The notes: generated by a model not told the origin, from the letters alone. A stretch of DNA of 53,707 nucleotides, filler included, from Ionaspis alba (GCA_964255285.1; 3 parts of 3 records of this genome joined end to end with filler, not necessarily neighbours in it), one strand, 5' to 3'; positions 13,140 through 26,476 are shown, counted from the first letter of the whole stretch. A program made the numbers and translations.

Positions 13140-15236
13140 AACTTTCATGGATGTCGTCCATCCACGGCAGCGAGCAGGCTACTCGATCACGCCCGGCTGC
13201 CTCGACGGCAAACAAAAGAGGCAAAAGTTGTACTAAGGGGACATTGCTTCATCGCGTGCCTTTGCCTTTGGTGCATTTGACCAGAATGCAATCAAAGCTC
13301 AGTTCGCCTGGGTCGATCAATGCATATGTGCCATGGCTCAACGCGTTCAATCCAACTTCATCTCGGATCACGTTCTAGCTGCTTGAATCTCATTTTCGAC
13401 CACAATTACCTAGGCTCGAGATTGTTTGACCCACAGCTTGATTCCACTGTTCAGCCGCGTCGAGTTGGTGGAGAAACGGCTCCAATCCGCCCAGCACGAA
13501 GTGCTCTTCTCATTTTCGGGGAAAAAGACCAGTTTGCATCTCCTTCCTTAAACATCCAGGTGCTGTTCACGGATCTCAGTCCACAGCACTTTTGTATGCC
13601 AAAGGCAGGGGTTTAAATATCTTAGTCCTCAACTCTCTTCTTCCCTGGCATCTCGTGGCCGAATCTGTAACCCCAGTCAGCGGACCCAATAGCTTGCGTG
13701 CGATAAATGTAAAGAGACGACTATTCTTCCACGCCGCTCGCTATCCTGCGAATGTGGATACCGAGCCTACAGTGACTACCGCACTGCCTACACTGCATCG
13801 CGACGATTTTCGAAGATCGTTGCGATGCATGGAGTTTCATTTTCTAGGACGACCAGGTGCTAGAGTCGCCAATCATGTCTACAAGTGGCACGGATGTACT
13901 TGACGTGTTGAGGTATTTGTGTCACTAAGACAACATCTTGTGATTTATGGCAGGACGCAGGCTTGAATGTTTGGTTAAGTTCATGTCGATCTCAGATTCG
14001 AGAGAGCAGGAGTCCCCAGACCTGGAGCGTCATGATCTTGACTTTGCAAGCAATGACATTCTCCTAATCTCCCGACACCATGCTATGCATTGCATTTTCA
14101 CCACTCTACCGCAATAATTGATGGTCAGATATCACTTCAAACACGTGGAAGGTCCTTGGGTCGGGGCAGCCAATCAATCAACCATAGATGTTTCTACAAA
14201 TCGCTCTCCTTATCCCTTGGCGTCTTCCAGACTTCCTACTGTGCTGCCTGCGTTCGATACCATCCGCGTGGTTCGTGTTTTTCACTCTACAGTGGAGACT
14301 ACCGCCTCGGAATCGTGCCCAGTGCCAAGAAGCGAAACTGGAATGTTACTGATCCCGGGCTTCGAGAATAGGTTGAGTCAAACCAGTTGAGCTGCGAGTG
14401 GTCGAGCTTCAAGAACGTGCATGAGAACTCATTTTAGTCAAAGTACATGAAAGTACATGAATGAAGAAGGGACGTGATATATTTCAATGAAGGCGCGTGT
14501 TGTACTTGACTACAATGCTGTGTAGTAATAGAGTACCCGGCCAGGAAGAAAGCTTACTTGCCCTTCTTACCTCGAAAGGAATTCGAGGACTCCGGAATCC
14601 TTGGTTCTCTCTACACATCTCGAAGCTCCTACCCTCAGCTCCTTCCTGCACCCTGCAGGCTCTGTGAATTCTCAAAGATTCACATCACGCAGCAGCAAGG
14701 GCCTGGCGGCTCAGTCTCATGCATATGCTGGTAGCGTGCGCGTCGTGAATGTGGACGGTGTCGGGCGTCGTCGAGAGGGTTCGTCCGTGGCCTGTTGCGT
14801 CTCCTACACCTGCTGTATCAAAAACTGCGGTGGTGGAAGCCTATGGTTTCTTCTCAGCAACCCTGACATCTTGCTGAGATACAGTCGAAGCTTTCACTTC
14901 TGTAGGGTCTCGTGACGATGAATTCTCCTTTGTGTGCACAAGAATATCCCCAGGACTTCCGGGAGTAGTCATGAGTGGACGGGAGTAGAAGCTGAGGGTG
15001 AAACTGTTTTCTCTCAATCACAATGATGTCTCTTGTAGTCACAATTATGACATACAAATCATTTTGATTCTCTATTGATTACAGGCCTTGCATGCACGCA
15101 GATCCCAAAACATAAAATGGAAAACTCCGACCAAACACCTGCAGGATTCCTTCGTTTCCATGCCAACCGAACCCGAATTCGGTTCAGAAACTTCCGTGAA
15201 AACAAATGTTTCGGAATGCATGTTAATCGCAGCTGG

Positions 15237-16503
15237 TTAAGGCGCGTTCTGGTCGTTAGGCATTGGAAGGCGAACTTTACAGTTCAGCCGCTCCTCGATC
15301 TCCTCGACGATATGGGTCATTGCAGAAAAGAATGATGTGTGTTCTCCAAAATCCTCAACACCAGTCATGGCCATGCCTACAAGTCTGCACTTCACATCAT
15401 AAATTGATGTACCAGAATCGCCCGGAAAAGAAAATGGTCTATCGTCGTCGTCATAACGCTCGACCACATAATTAAGACCCCATGTTAGGAATAGGCGTGT
15501 TTCACCATTGTCGTGGTATGTGTCGTGGTACAAAACCGCTGATACTTCAGAAAGCACTTTTCCGGTAGTTTCGTTGGTTGTGCTACCGTTCTTGAAGACC
15601 CTACTCCCTGTGCACACTAGTACTATTGTCGTGATATGCGGTAGTCTTGTGCCGCAGTCGCGTCCATATCGATGGAGGGGAGGGATCTTAGATTCTACCT
15701 TAATCAAAGTCCAGTCCATGATGGAATGCTTGCTCAAGCAGGTTGGGTCGATACAACGACTCAGATCATTCCCGTACGATTCGATATTCTTCACATTCCT
15801 GGAATCATCTATCGCGTCGGCGTTGACTATAAAGTCAGCTTGATTGCAAACACCCGATCCGCTTCGAATTCCTCCGTAGTAAAAAAGTTGACCGATGAGC
15901 TGCGTGGGAGGATAATGTTTTGTCGGATCATCAAGATGTGATGGACCAGGATATTCTACGGTCGATCGGAGATGATGCTGTTCCGCAACACGGAAGTTTG
16001 GCATCGTGCGATTGCCACGAAGGACTTTTCGCGCTACGTCTTGGTGTCAGAGGTTCGAGGACGTGATGACAGGTCAAGGCGTATATCCTTTCTGATGGGG
16101 ATTCGGATCCAAGAAACCCGATCTCAAAGAAAGGTCCTAAGGTACCAGAACCGGTCCCACCTGTCAACGCAATATTGGAGCCACTTTGAGACGTCGAAGA
16201 ATAGTGCATAATTCTGTCTCCGGTGGTCTGATCATAGCTTGTATTCTCGAGAACTTGCCGGCTGAACACGGCCGGACGAAGTAAAAACTGAGCTTGATGT
16301 GGGGCTAGGATTTGTTGGCAGAGTTGAGAAAGCCGAGTCCAGTTGTAGGAGTATCCCTGGTGGACGTACATCGCTACACATGGTGGCGATTTGCGATCGT
16401 TGTGAGCACACCCACAGATCCGTGGTACAATCGCAAAGCCATTTGTCGCCATAGGTATGGCCAAAGGAATCAGCTCGTTCAGGATGGATTCACAGGCTGT
16501 CAT
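15237..16503 (-). pseudogene. Frameshifted trypsin-like (PA clan) serine protease
   Basis: GSGTLG and ALTCHHV (His, 16060-16074) lie in ORF 16503-15931. DWTLIKV (Asp), KNGSTTNETTG and FSFPGDSG (Ser, 15411-15422) lie in the overlapping ORF 16004-15237 in another frame. No intron of plausible size joins them. Confidence 0.65.
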
Positions 16504-17242
16504 TGAGTCGCAGATACGGCGAATAATAGCAGAGATTCCTCATGGTTCGACCACCAGGCAGCCAATCTGCTTGCGGTTGTTTGTCAAAATCAACGCGGAC
16601 AGCACACTCGGCATCTGGTGTTATGGTGGCTTGTAGCTTCACTGGCTGAGAAGCTTGCTTTGATTAAGTACTGGTATGGTGAGACTTGTCGAGAATTTTC
16701 GAATGCGACGATTCTGGCGGGTTACAGAATCATGGTGGTCCTCGTTGGGCTTTTTAGGTACATTCCGTGGAGGCAATAGGAATGCTTGATCGCGCTGGGG
16801 TAAGAACGGCAGCTTGTCGTGTCTCACCCATTGAACAGTACTGTTCTCTCCAGGACTTTGGCTCGGCTTCGAAGGCAGGAACTTCCGATAAATTACTACC
16901 CAAAAGTTCTTCGCAGCCCGCTCCTTAGACCTCAATTTCTTTAGGCGGGTCGTCACCTTCAACACAACCTTGCTAGTGGGCGATGGATCCATAAACAATG
17001 CTCCTAGTTTTTCTTACATATTCGGAAGTGGCTCAGAAAGGCATAAATTTTTTTGGGTCATCATCTTCTATGACCCTGAAGCCTCGAGGTTCGAGTATTG
17101 TTTTCCGATAAACCGATGTTCCTATGCGGATCGAGTTATCGTACAAAGTCGCGTGTTGAGCTTCTGATTGTTTTGAGGACATGACTTCCTCCCAAAGTGA
17201 ACGTATCTCAGAGGGACTTGTAGTAGGAGGTGTTTGCGCCAA
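16490..17242 (-). pseudogene. Degraded gene remnant in several frames, family uncertain
   Basis: Protein-like segments 17242-17033 (YRKTILEPRGFRVIEDDD), 16998-16639 and 16663-16490 (ITPDAEC..WLPG..SPYL) are separated by stops and frame changes. Confidence 0.35.
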
Positions 17243-17864
17243 GTGGTAAGGGATATACTGTCAAGATCATTTGACTGTGTCCTTCTACTGACATATGAAC
17301 TCTGAAAAACATCCTCTGACATTTCTTTGGACTGAATGGGCGTAGTATGAACACGAAGCCGTGTTACGCAGGTAGTAAAGATTCAAAACGAATTGTGCAG
17401 TCCTTCGATCTTCATTTCGTATCATTAGTGGGAAACTGAGTGTTGACTGGAGATCACTAAACGAAAGTTGAGTGTTGACCCAGCCGGTGATTAGATGTTG
17501 GCCAGTCAGTGTCAAAATTCCTCCAAGCCGAAACTGTGACACATCCAGTCTCTGTACATTATCTTCATTATCCTTGAAAGGAGCTTCTTGTTGGTTTGCG
17601 GTGGTTATAGTTATGAATCTGTGCCACTTCTAAAAACTCGCTATTATTGATAGATGATACCTTGGAACTGTGGTAAAGTCGTTCGTGTCGTCTCTGCCGT
17701 TGATAGAGCACTTATATTATATAGATCAAAGAACGCTTGCTGATCTCCGTACTTTGAGGAGTGACATTAAATATGCGCCCAGCCCACGACAGCAAGATAC
17801 GAATGCAAGTATTCCGATTGTCAGAGAACGTATGGTGGACTTTTTTTTACAAGGCACCAACTAT

Positions 17865-17964
17865 NNNNNNNNNNNNNNNNNNNNNNNNNNNNNNNNNNNN
17901 NNNNNNNNTTAATTAATTAANNNNNNNNNNNNNNNNNNNNNNNNNNNNNNNNNNNNNNNNNNNN
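17865..17964. other. Assembly join: N44-TTAATTAATTAA-N44 artificial linker
   Basis: The 12-mer at 17909-17920 is centred in the Ns and gives stop codons in all six frames. Confidence 0.95.
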
Positions 17965-18103
17965 ATATTGACCCAGATTGTACCATACCAAAACACACCG
18001 TGCCATAGTCCTGTGCAACCACAGATAGGATATGCCTCTGTCTACTTTAGTCTGACTTCATTTCTCGCCATTGTCCAAGCATTCAAACCACGACCCAAAC
18101 TCT

Positions 18104-19160
18104 TTAGCCAAAGCTGTCATTCAGGAACGCCACAAACGAATCCCGAATCCGACTTTTCGCTGACCGATGCTGCCGATTCAGTGCAATATATTGCCTCCTC
18201 AGTCTCTGCAGCTGCGGCAACGAAAGTGGCATCGCCGGCAACTCCACCACACTCTCCCCAACCTTTACTTCTCCCCCTCCTTCTTCGGGATGGTCTTTCC
18301 CCCACTCTAAAAGTGTATTTACCACCTCTTGTGTAGTGCGGTCCAATTCGTAGAGATAGTCTGGTTCAGATGCCGGTGCCTGTCAAACCCCTTATTAGCC
18401 TATATATCCACATACCAGGAGCAGTAGAGTTACCCACCAACACAGTCGCCTGCCCTGGTTTCGCCTTCCCCGCCTTCCCCTCTACCACCGCATCCCAGAT
18501 AGCGTCCAGCGGCATCTCAGCGTCGTCAAAAGGTACCGTGAACAATGGGCTATCCCACCTCGCCATGCCATTCGGTTCCTCATAGCGTTGTATCAGGTTC
18601 TCAAAAAGCTCAGACTCATAGCCGCCATCGTTATCAAGGTCGGCGAGAGCGGCATCATTGAGTTCGCGGCATTTGGGTACCGGAGTGCCAATGTGAATCT
18701 CGACTCGGGCATGTCCATCAGTGAAAACAGTGTTGTAGAACTATGGAGAGAAGACAAACCACACAGCCGCCACCACCTTCACTCCTCGCCTCACACCATG
18801 CCTGATACCGCCAGCCTTTGATGCCATGCATGCCATCCGCAACCACTAGCACCTCCTTGCCCAGTGCACGCTTTATGGCTGCGAATTCTACCGCTCGTGC
18901 TTCTTTTTCGGCGGCCGCGGTATTGTATGCCGTTCGAGAGAGGCCGAGGGTGTGATCTGAGATGAGGACGACAGAGAGGCGAGTGTGGGCAGGGGTGGTG
19001 GAGGTCGCTATACGATCTTGTAGGTAGGCGGTGAGTTGGTGGGCGCGTGTGGTTTTGCCGGAGGTAGGGTAGCCGGTCAGGAGGAGGAGCTGTGGAGGGA
19101 AAGATCGGTCAGTAAGGATAGTGAGCCTTGAATTATAGAGAAAAAAGAGCTCACGGGCAT
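18104..19160 (-). CDS. KTI12: Elongator-associated P-loop protein Kti12 (290 aa); exons 19160-19155, 19089-18760, 18698-18438, 18379-18104
   Basis: MPLLLLTGYPTSGKT P-loop, RYEEPNGMARWDSPLF, YLYELDRTTQEVV and LPQLQRLRRQYI. Three GT..AG introns give 873 nt in frame. Confidence 0.94.
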
Positions 19161-20120
19161 GATTTAGTGGTAGTTGGGAGGTCTGAGGGGTTTGCGAGCG
19201 AGATATGTGGATTGACGATGAACTTGGAGTTTCGTCAACTCGGGTCTATGCTCTTCTATATACAAGCTTCTATCTATTATCTGACCCAGTACTTGGTCCT
19301 GTAATCCTGCACTATATACATTGCGAATTCACTGTTTCTATCGTAATCTCGCCGATGTTCCCGTTATACAACGATGCTTCGCCAGTCTTAAATCTTGACG
19401 ACGTGCTGCTGTCGAAATAGCGAGGCTGTCATGGGAATACGCTTCGCTGCCTCTTCTGCCTCCGCCTACTTTCAAGCGAAGTCGCCGCTGCTTTCTCGAT
19501 CGTTTAATTGGAAGCGGACTTCCATTACGGTTGATGATTGGATCAGTGGATTTCATCATATTCGTTTCTCGGTCTGAACCCTTCCCCTTGAGGAAGGAAT
19601 GGGACGTAGCCATAAAGTCGTTAAGTGGGCCTCCTATGATTCAGAGGGCCACCGTTACATCAAACATGACAACATCATTCGCATGTGAAGTGGTACAACA
19701 ACTGTCCAAAGTCCAAATCCAAACAAAGCGGCTGCTCCATGATCCTCAGGGCTCCATATGTAGATGTGTCCGCGGCCATCATATTGTGTCGATTTCCTGG
19801 AGGGATGCCTCGCGGGCCCTCTTCAGTGAGAAAGGATTTCCTGGTGTATCCCCGAAACATGGAAAGCCTCCTGGTACATCAGCATCACTAAAGCCTCCCT
19901 GGTATATTTTGTATCAAAAGCCCTTCCCTTTCATCAGACAGCCTCAATCCAGCAAAAAGAAAAAGAAAAGATAGGAAACAGGTGATAGAAAACGATAGCA
20001 TGACCCCTAGTCATGTCGCGCAGGCTGCGAACTGCGACTTCCTTCTGTATTGGTCTCTGGTCTAGCATTCTGTAGATCATATCGTCCAGGTCCTTGTCTC
20101 TCGGGAACATAGGACATCAT

Positions 20121-22067
20121 TCAATAAGGAGCAATCTGGCCGGACTCTAATCTTCGGAGATTGATTCCAATGTTGTTCAAGAGCGCATAGTCAGCCGCGA
20201 TCTGTTCGTGACCTCGAGCATCCGTAGGATCGAGGCTGTCAATCCGCTCTCGAAGAGCAGCGTGCTGTTCGTGCCATTCCTTCTGTATTATATACCTGGA
20301 CTTCCCTTGCGGTACTCCTGACTGGCTCCTGATCGGTTTCGAATTGGCTTTGGCCGAAACGACAGACTTAGTCCGCTTCGGCTGCTGTGCCGCTGGTTGG
20401 TTCGACGTTCCCCTCTTCCGGATTGTTCCATTTGCCTTACCTTGTCCGACAGAGCTCGCCGAAGAAGGGGACGGCGAAGTACTTCCAGAAGAGCCAAGTG
20501 GTCCAGTATAATCATGGACTCGTTTCATGTGATCTTGCAGATTCCACCTCCGGGGAAAGCCGTTGCCACGGAAAGATCGTTCACAATCTGTGAATTCGCA
20601 GGTGTAGGGCTTGTCTCCATGGCCATGCATTCCGTGCGCCTCACGCTCATGACGAAGTAAGCACGCGGTCGATGAAAAGGGAACAGAGACACAGGTTAGG
20701 ACCTTGCAACGGTATGGCTTCAGGTGGGAATCCAGATGTTTGCTATCGCGTGATGATTAGTGAAGTCCAACAGATCAATTATTGCACCTCTCACTCGTAA
20801 TTGCACTTCAGCTTTTCCGGCTTGTGGTGGCAGCCATCTTTGATCTCAAAAGGGCAATGGTACAGGCCATCTTCTCGGGGACCGAGCTGGTAAAGTTCGT
20901 TGTGACGAGCTGGAATGTTCTCGCCGTCGTTGCTCAACCTTCGTGGTAGGCGTACATCCCCAAAGGAAGCCATCACGGTTGGATAAGCTGGAGACTCGGG
21001 CCACGTCACAAGGTTAGATAATGCTGGTCGCTGGAATGTCTGAGCAGGCCGCAGTGTACTATAGTAACTGTATTAGACGCCAAAAACGTGGTAATCATGA
21101 TTCAAACAAACCTAGCAGGGTCCCATTGCTCGTCATATAAGCCAGAAGTATGAGGGACAGATGTAGGACCGTCAAGGTTGGTTGGAGAGAAACCATAGTC
21201 CTCGTTTGGATCCAGCGAATGCAAATCCTCCTGGGTGGAAAAGGACGTAGGAGATCCAGCGAGCTGTGGAAAATAACTACCTTGAGAGAAAGAAGATGAG
21301 GATATAGAAGGGTTCATCGTCGTAGATCCAGGTGGGCACCATACACTTTGATCTAGGGCACATGCATCATAATCATTGGAAAGCAAGTCCGTTCCTGGGT
21401 ATCGAGCTTCGGGCCAGGACGAATGGAACTGTGAGTTCACCAGTTGCTCTGCTTCCTCGTATCTGTGAGAATCTGCAGAGGTAGTATACATCATTTCCGT
21501 GGAACCTGGTACAGCATATGACCCGGTATCTACACATGTCCACGGGTCACATGGCAAATATGCACTTGCTGAGGCGTCATCATCATTGAAATCAATGTCC
21601 AGTGGGTGAACAGCGGACACAGCCATTCCAGAAGCGACTCCGCTGGTGCCATTCAAGAGTGCTCCAGTGCCAGGAAACTCGGAGAGGCCGGTATCATCAG
21701 ATAAGGAAAAGTGAGAATCATACGTAGACCCTGACAAGAAAGGCCCGGTTGACGTGGCATCATTGTAAACCTGCCCACCATGGCGGTTGCCAGATAGTGC
21801 AGTTGTGTAGTCCAGTGGTAATGCAGAGCCTGTGGCGCTGGTAACGACCCACTGCTGGACTTGTGCAGGATCATTAAAAAATGTCCCGTGTTCCATTGAC
21901 GACCTCGAGGCAGAAGTAGGTGCGTGCACATGTCCGTGCTTTGAAGACGTCCTGAAAGAACTTGGTGCCAGTCCGTTGGATAACGAGACATGCACGACAT
22001 CATGACCAGGAAGAGCGCTGCCTGGGACCTTGCCAGTGGATGGGTTACTTCTCCTCCGAGAAGCCAT
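20121..22067 (-). CDS. C2H2 zinc-finger transcription factor; exons 22067-21112, 21058-20795, 20741-20121 (an upstream exon is possible)
   Basis: Three fingers: YHCPF..C..KLKCNYDKHLDSH, PYRCK..C..FSSTACLLRHEREAH and YTCEFTDC..FPRRWNLQDHMKRVH. Introns 21111-21059 and 20794-20742. An additional acceptor near 22114 suggests a 5' intron. Confidence 0.88.
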
Positions 22068-22507
22068 GGTGTTTGCCTGATGTCCTTTGGATGATGAACT
22101 TTTTCTGTGATAGCTGAAGACATAAATTAGTTCGTGCACGTGTCATCCAATAACTCATTTATAAAACAGATGAGACAAAACAGTAATACGACTGCAAACG
22201 CAAATGACTAATACTGTTAAAGGTTAGCTTCAGCGGGAGTTAGATCATGTGTCATCTACGAACCAATTGAGCAGACCAGGTATTGAGGACGACAGAGGGA
22301 AGGACGGGCCCAGGAGAACTTCATGTCCAGCAGAGTAGATCCAAGTGTAGAGAGTCGGAAGGCCACAGGAAGACTAAAGTCACACCACGGCACAAGAAGC
22401 ATGCAAGTATAAGGTCCGGAGGCCCAAGTTGGTCAGGCCAGCAGTCCGACCACATCCCGGTAGAGCTGTGAGCTGTGTTTCGAGTGTCGCCTTCATACTA
22501 GTAGTCC

Positions 22508-22607
22508 NNNNNNNNNNNNNNNNNNNNNNNNNNNNNNNNNNNNNNNNNNNNNNNNNNNNNNNNNNNNNNNNNNNNNNNNNNNNNNNNNNNNNNNNNNNNN
22601 NNNNNNN
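22508..22607. other. 100-N scaffold gap
   Basis: Run of 100 N. Confidence 0.99.
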
Positions 22608-24676
22608 GGAAATTTCCTCAGAACCAAGACTGCGGATGCAAATCGAGGCTATCATTATTCCTGGCAGGATGCCATTGTTCGTGGACATCAAGACGACGTC
22701 ACACGGGGACACTTGACATTGTAACCAATTCCTTGTGATTGATGGCAATCGAAGTAGCAGGCACTCTCCCTGGATGAGTGTTGCTGCATATCATTACAAG
22801 CCAATGCATGGAGCATAGGTCATCATTCCTTATAGATCCTCGGCACATCATAGCAGTGGACCAGGTACCATTCTGGCCAATCTCACAAACACGAAGCAAC
22901 AATCGATCGGAGAACATGATATACGCAAGACGAGAAACTGGTCCAATAACATAAAGAAAGGGATTTAGGGTAATACCTCATAATTTGGATCCAAAATACA
23001 CGGGCGGTTGCCCGAGCTGTCCTGAGATACCTGGTAAGCAAAGCCACGGAACCAGCAACAATTTGGCCTCGGAAAATATGCTGGACAACCCAAGAAAGAA
23101 CTAGGCCCTAGCAGGAAATGTCCAGTAGTACAGGATCCAAGAAGTAGGAGCTTTGTCGAGACGAATCCTTTCGGGAAAGCTAAGAATGCAAAACGACAGT
23201 TTCTAGAGAGCGGAAAGCAAGAGTACGCGTGGGAAAGAATGGAACAAATGCCGTTTGGCAGGAGGGTGGGGATCAAGGGATTTATGTGACAGCTGAGAAC
23301 GCCGGCGGGTCGAGTGCGACACAAAGGGCTTCAGCCGACTGTTGACGGTTGGCATGCCCATGCAGCATCACTGCGTCTGGATTGCAGCACTTCCAAGGTT
23401 AAGGAAGCACTATCATGGCATGCAATTGATATCATTCGACTTGATCCGGTCCTGCTGCGGGCCGGCGACTCTCAGCACTTTACTACAGTGAATTCGGAAA
23501 GGATTGTCTGACGTGTCAAGCGGACCATGGTCGGTTCTACCTACTATTGGCGGCTTCGGACGGGATGCCTGCAGGCAAGTCACAAATACAAACTACAACA
23601 CGCATCGGGGTGTGCCTTGTGGTCGAGCGGCTGCTTCTTATCTGCGTCGTTATGAACCAAACAATACAGCCTCTTCTCCTTCGGCTTCATGTCATGAATC
23701 CGCGCATTTGCTCAATTGGCTCAAACACGTACGAGCCCCGCTTTCTGCCTCCCCAGCTGAAAAAGTATACCCAGCGTTCTCGACCAGAAGTTGGACTCGT
23801 GTAGTCGTTCCGCCGGCGGGCTGGCACAAATCATACTTGGAAGGGCAGATGGTCGATGCGGAAGGCCGGAGGCCGTGACCAGCGTGCAGCAAGCACATGG
23901 TGCTCAACAAGTGTCTATTTACAGGCCACCTATTGTACGCGGCCTAATACTTCTCCATGTTCTCCAACAGAAGGACTCTTCTAATAATGGGGTTGTGGGA
24001 AGCTGTGCGATCGTGGTATGACAAGATGTATTTGCCTATCGACCCTGCTTATTGATTGGCGGCCGGTCCTTGATGACCTACCGTCCACGAAGCATGGGGC
24101 TACTCCGATTGTCTAGTCACCCTGATTGAACAGGTCAGCAATTATCCTCGGCATTAAATTGTCGCAACGAGGCAGTAGCTGTCAAAGGACTTTCAGATAG
24201 GAGCGAAAGACGTGCTGGTTGTTTCGTTCATGTGGTTTAGACCATCAGTTGAACTATGCATTGTTTTGGATCATCATGTAATGAAATGTTACGGGAATCA
24301 AACAGCTTGAGAGGAGATTGTACCAAGAGCATGCTACGCACCGGGCGATTTGATCTTGGATGAACATATTAGCCAATTAGGCTGTCAACAAACATAGCGT
24401 GACCGAAGATGAAAAGCTTTAGTCCTGGTATACCGCTCCAGATGCGGCATGACAGGCTGGATGTCGAGCTTCAATTAAGCCGGCATCCACGTAAAGACGT
24501 TATGAGCATGGATGGTGAGAAATGTAGGTAGAAATTTGAAGCTATCTCAAAATCGCTAGTGTTAGTGGAAATCGTCAGCCCTGCAGTCGCAATTGATGCG
24601 GCTCAAATCCGCAACGATATAGAATATCAGTGTGTAAATCCTGTTCCGCCCGAAAGGATATATTGAAGATCCATCA

Positions 24677-25470
24677 ATGGCGCGCAACTCGGTCGCTGCC
24701 AACTCTACATCAGACATCGATGCTATCAACCTCTCACGCGCCCTTGCTCGTCTCGAGCAAAAGATCCTCTCTCCGAACCCCTCCCCGCGTCTCCTTCACT
24801 CCAGCTACGAGCGGGCCAAAACAGCAGCCGTATGCAAATCCCTCCCACGCTTTATACTTGCTTGGTGCTCTTCCTAACGATTACAAGAACCTCGAATATG
24901 CCCGTACCCTCCTCCTCCGCCTCGAACACACAACCTCAACCTTAAGAATCCAGTCTCGTAAACAAGCCCTCCAGACCGACCTTCTCCGACAACGAAACCT
25001 ATTAAAGCGTCTCAACGACCGCCTTTATGACCTCTCCCAACGAGGCGACGATAACTTCTCCGACGGCTCCTCCGAAGATCTATTAGGCGAAGACCAAGCA
25101 AACCAAGAAGCCACCTCTCCTCTACCCACCTCTCCCACAGTTATCTCCCCTACTTCCCCATCTCTCGATCGCCGGAAAGACTTACCCTCCTCTCAACCAC
25201 CAACATCGACCCTCCGCTCGCGCACCAAATTGCCCACTCCCACCTCCCAAACCACCGCACTCTCTCCCAGATCCCCGACCTCGCCTCCACCCTCAACCAC
25301 CATCCTCGAAGCTGACACCAGCACGCAAGCAGCTCTAACAAGCTCCCTGCTCACCCTTGCCACATCCCTGAAATCATCTTCCCTGGCCTTGTCCGCTGCA
25401 CTTGAGACCGATAGCTCCATTCTCGCAACCACGGCGAGTGCGTTGGACAAGAACACGGATGGCATGACAG
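24677..25470 (+). CDS. USE1: USE1-like ER SNARE (membrane fusion protein), 3' end lost in the gap; exons 24677-24829, 24888->25470
   Basis: INLSRALARLE..SSYERAK|NLEYARTLLLRLE N-terminus and a SNARE-like heptad QAALTSSLLTLATSLKSSS..LETDSSIL..LDKN. Intron 24830-24887. The expected C-terminal transmembrane segment would fall in gap 25471-25570. Confidence 0.75.
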
Positions 25471-25570
25471 NNNNNNNNNNNNNNNNNNNNNNNNNNNNNN
25501 NNNNNNNNNNNNNNNNNNNNNNNNNNNNNNNNNNNNNNNNNNNNNNNNNNNNNNNNNNNNNNNNNNNNNN
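25471..25570. other. 100-N scaffold gap truncating the SNARE gene
   Basis: Run of 100 N. Confidence 0.99.
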
Positions 25571-26476
25571 TACACAGGAAATGTAGCTTTTATAGACAGG
25601 CGGAGAGCTCATTTTGACGTGACACATTTTGAACTCATCCATGTTATCATAATAGGTACCATTGATATGGCTCCAAACACCGTTTCCAGTACACCTGAAA
25701 GCGTCCCCATAGTAGCTCCGGTCCCAAATCGTAGAGATGATTGCATGAGCGTATGGGCATGTACGAACATCGAGCAAGAGAGTCATGTGTATAGCAGGTT
25801 CGTTGAATAAAATTGGAAGAAAGCCAACCCTTCAATTAGCACGTACAAGAACAGGACTAGCTATTCGCGCCTCATACATCGTAGATACGCTACAGATTTT
25901 CTCCAGCCCGTTCGCTTCCACCTCGGAAGCAGCTCAGACGACAAGAAAAGAGCAGACGAAAAGGTCCAGAGAAGTCACCTTCAGCAACCTCCACACACGC
26001 CAAGCCGACCAGCACACAACCGAAAGTGAATGAAAAGGGAATTTTGCGGCAAAACCCGTCGTTGTAGCTCCCCCGACAGGCCGAGGGGTATCGAAATTAA
26101 GCCAAAGTAGGAGATAGCGATCAATATCATTCGTATACCGGTACGAAAAGGAGAAAGCCAGAAGGCAAGACCCCGGCATGCACGCACCAAAACAACTCCA
26201 TCTCATTCAATGCCAACGAAGCTCTCCTCCATGCAACGGAAGAAGCGCCCATATCTGCCGGTGCCGTCGAGATTCCAAGGTGCGGTGCGCGAGGAACAAG
26301 GAGCCAGTCACAGAGGTAGCGGAACAATGAACATGGTCTGTAACACCAACGCCCGGAAGGAATAACGGATGTATAGCTTTGCGCAGTTATCGCGGACTGT
26401 CGAGTAGTGGTTCGGATTATAGAAAACCTCCAGATAATTCAGCTTCTTGGACCACGAAGATTTCGAAGGGTCGATT

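Noticed and set aside
14441..14460. AAGTACATGA tandem duplicate
   Set aside because: Only two copies of a 10-mer; no array or spacer structure.
17909..17920. TTAATTAATTAA palindrome as a biological element (also 35848-35859)
   Set aside because: Exactly centred in 100-nt N blocks in both cases; an artificial six-frame stop linker.
19212..19238. Hairpin TTGACGA..AACT/AGTT..TCGTCAA upstream of KTI12
   Set aside because: Short, bulged stem with no RNA-family signature.
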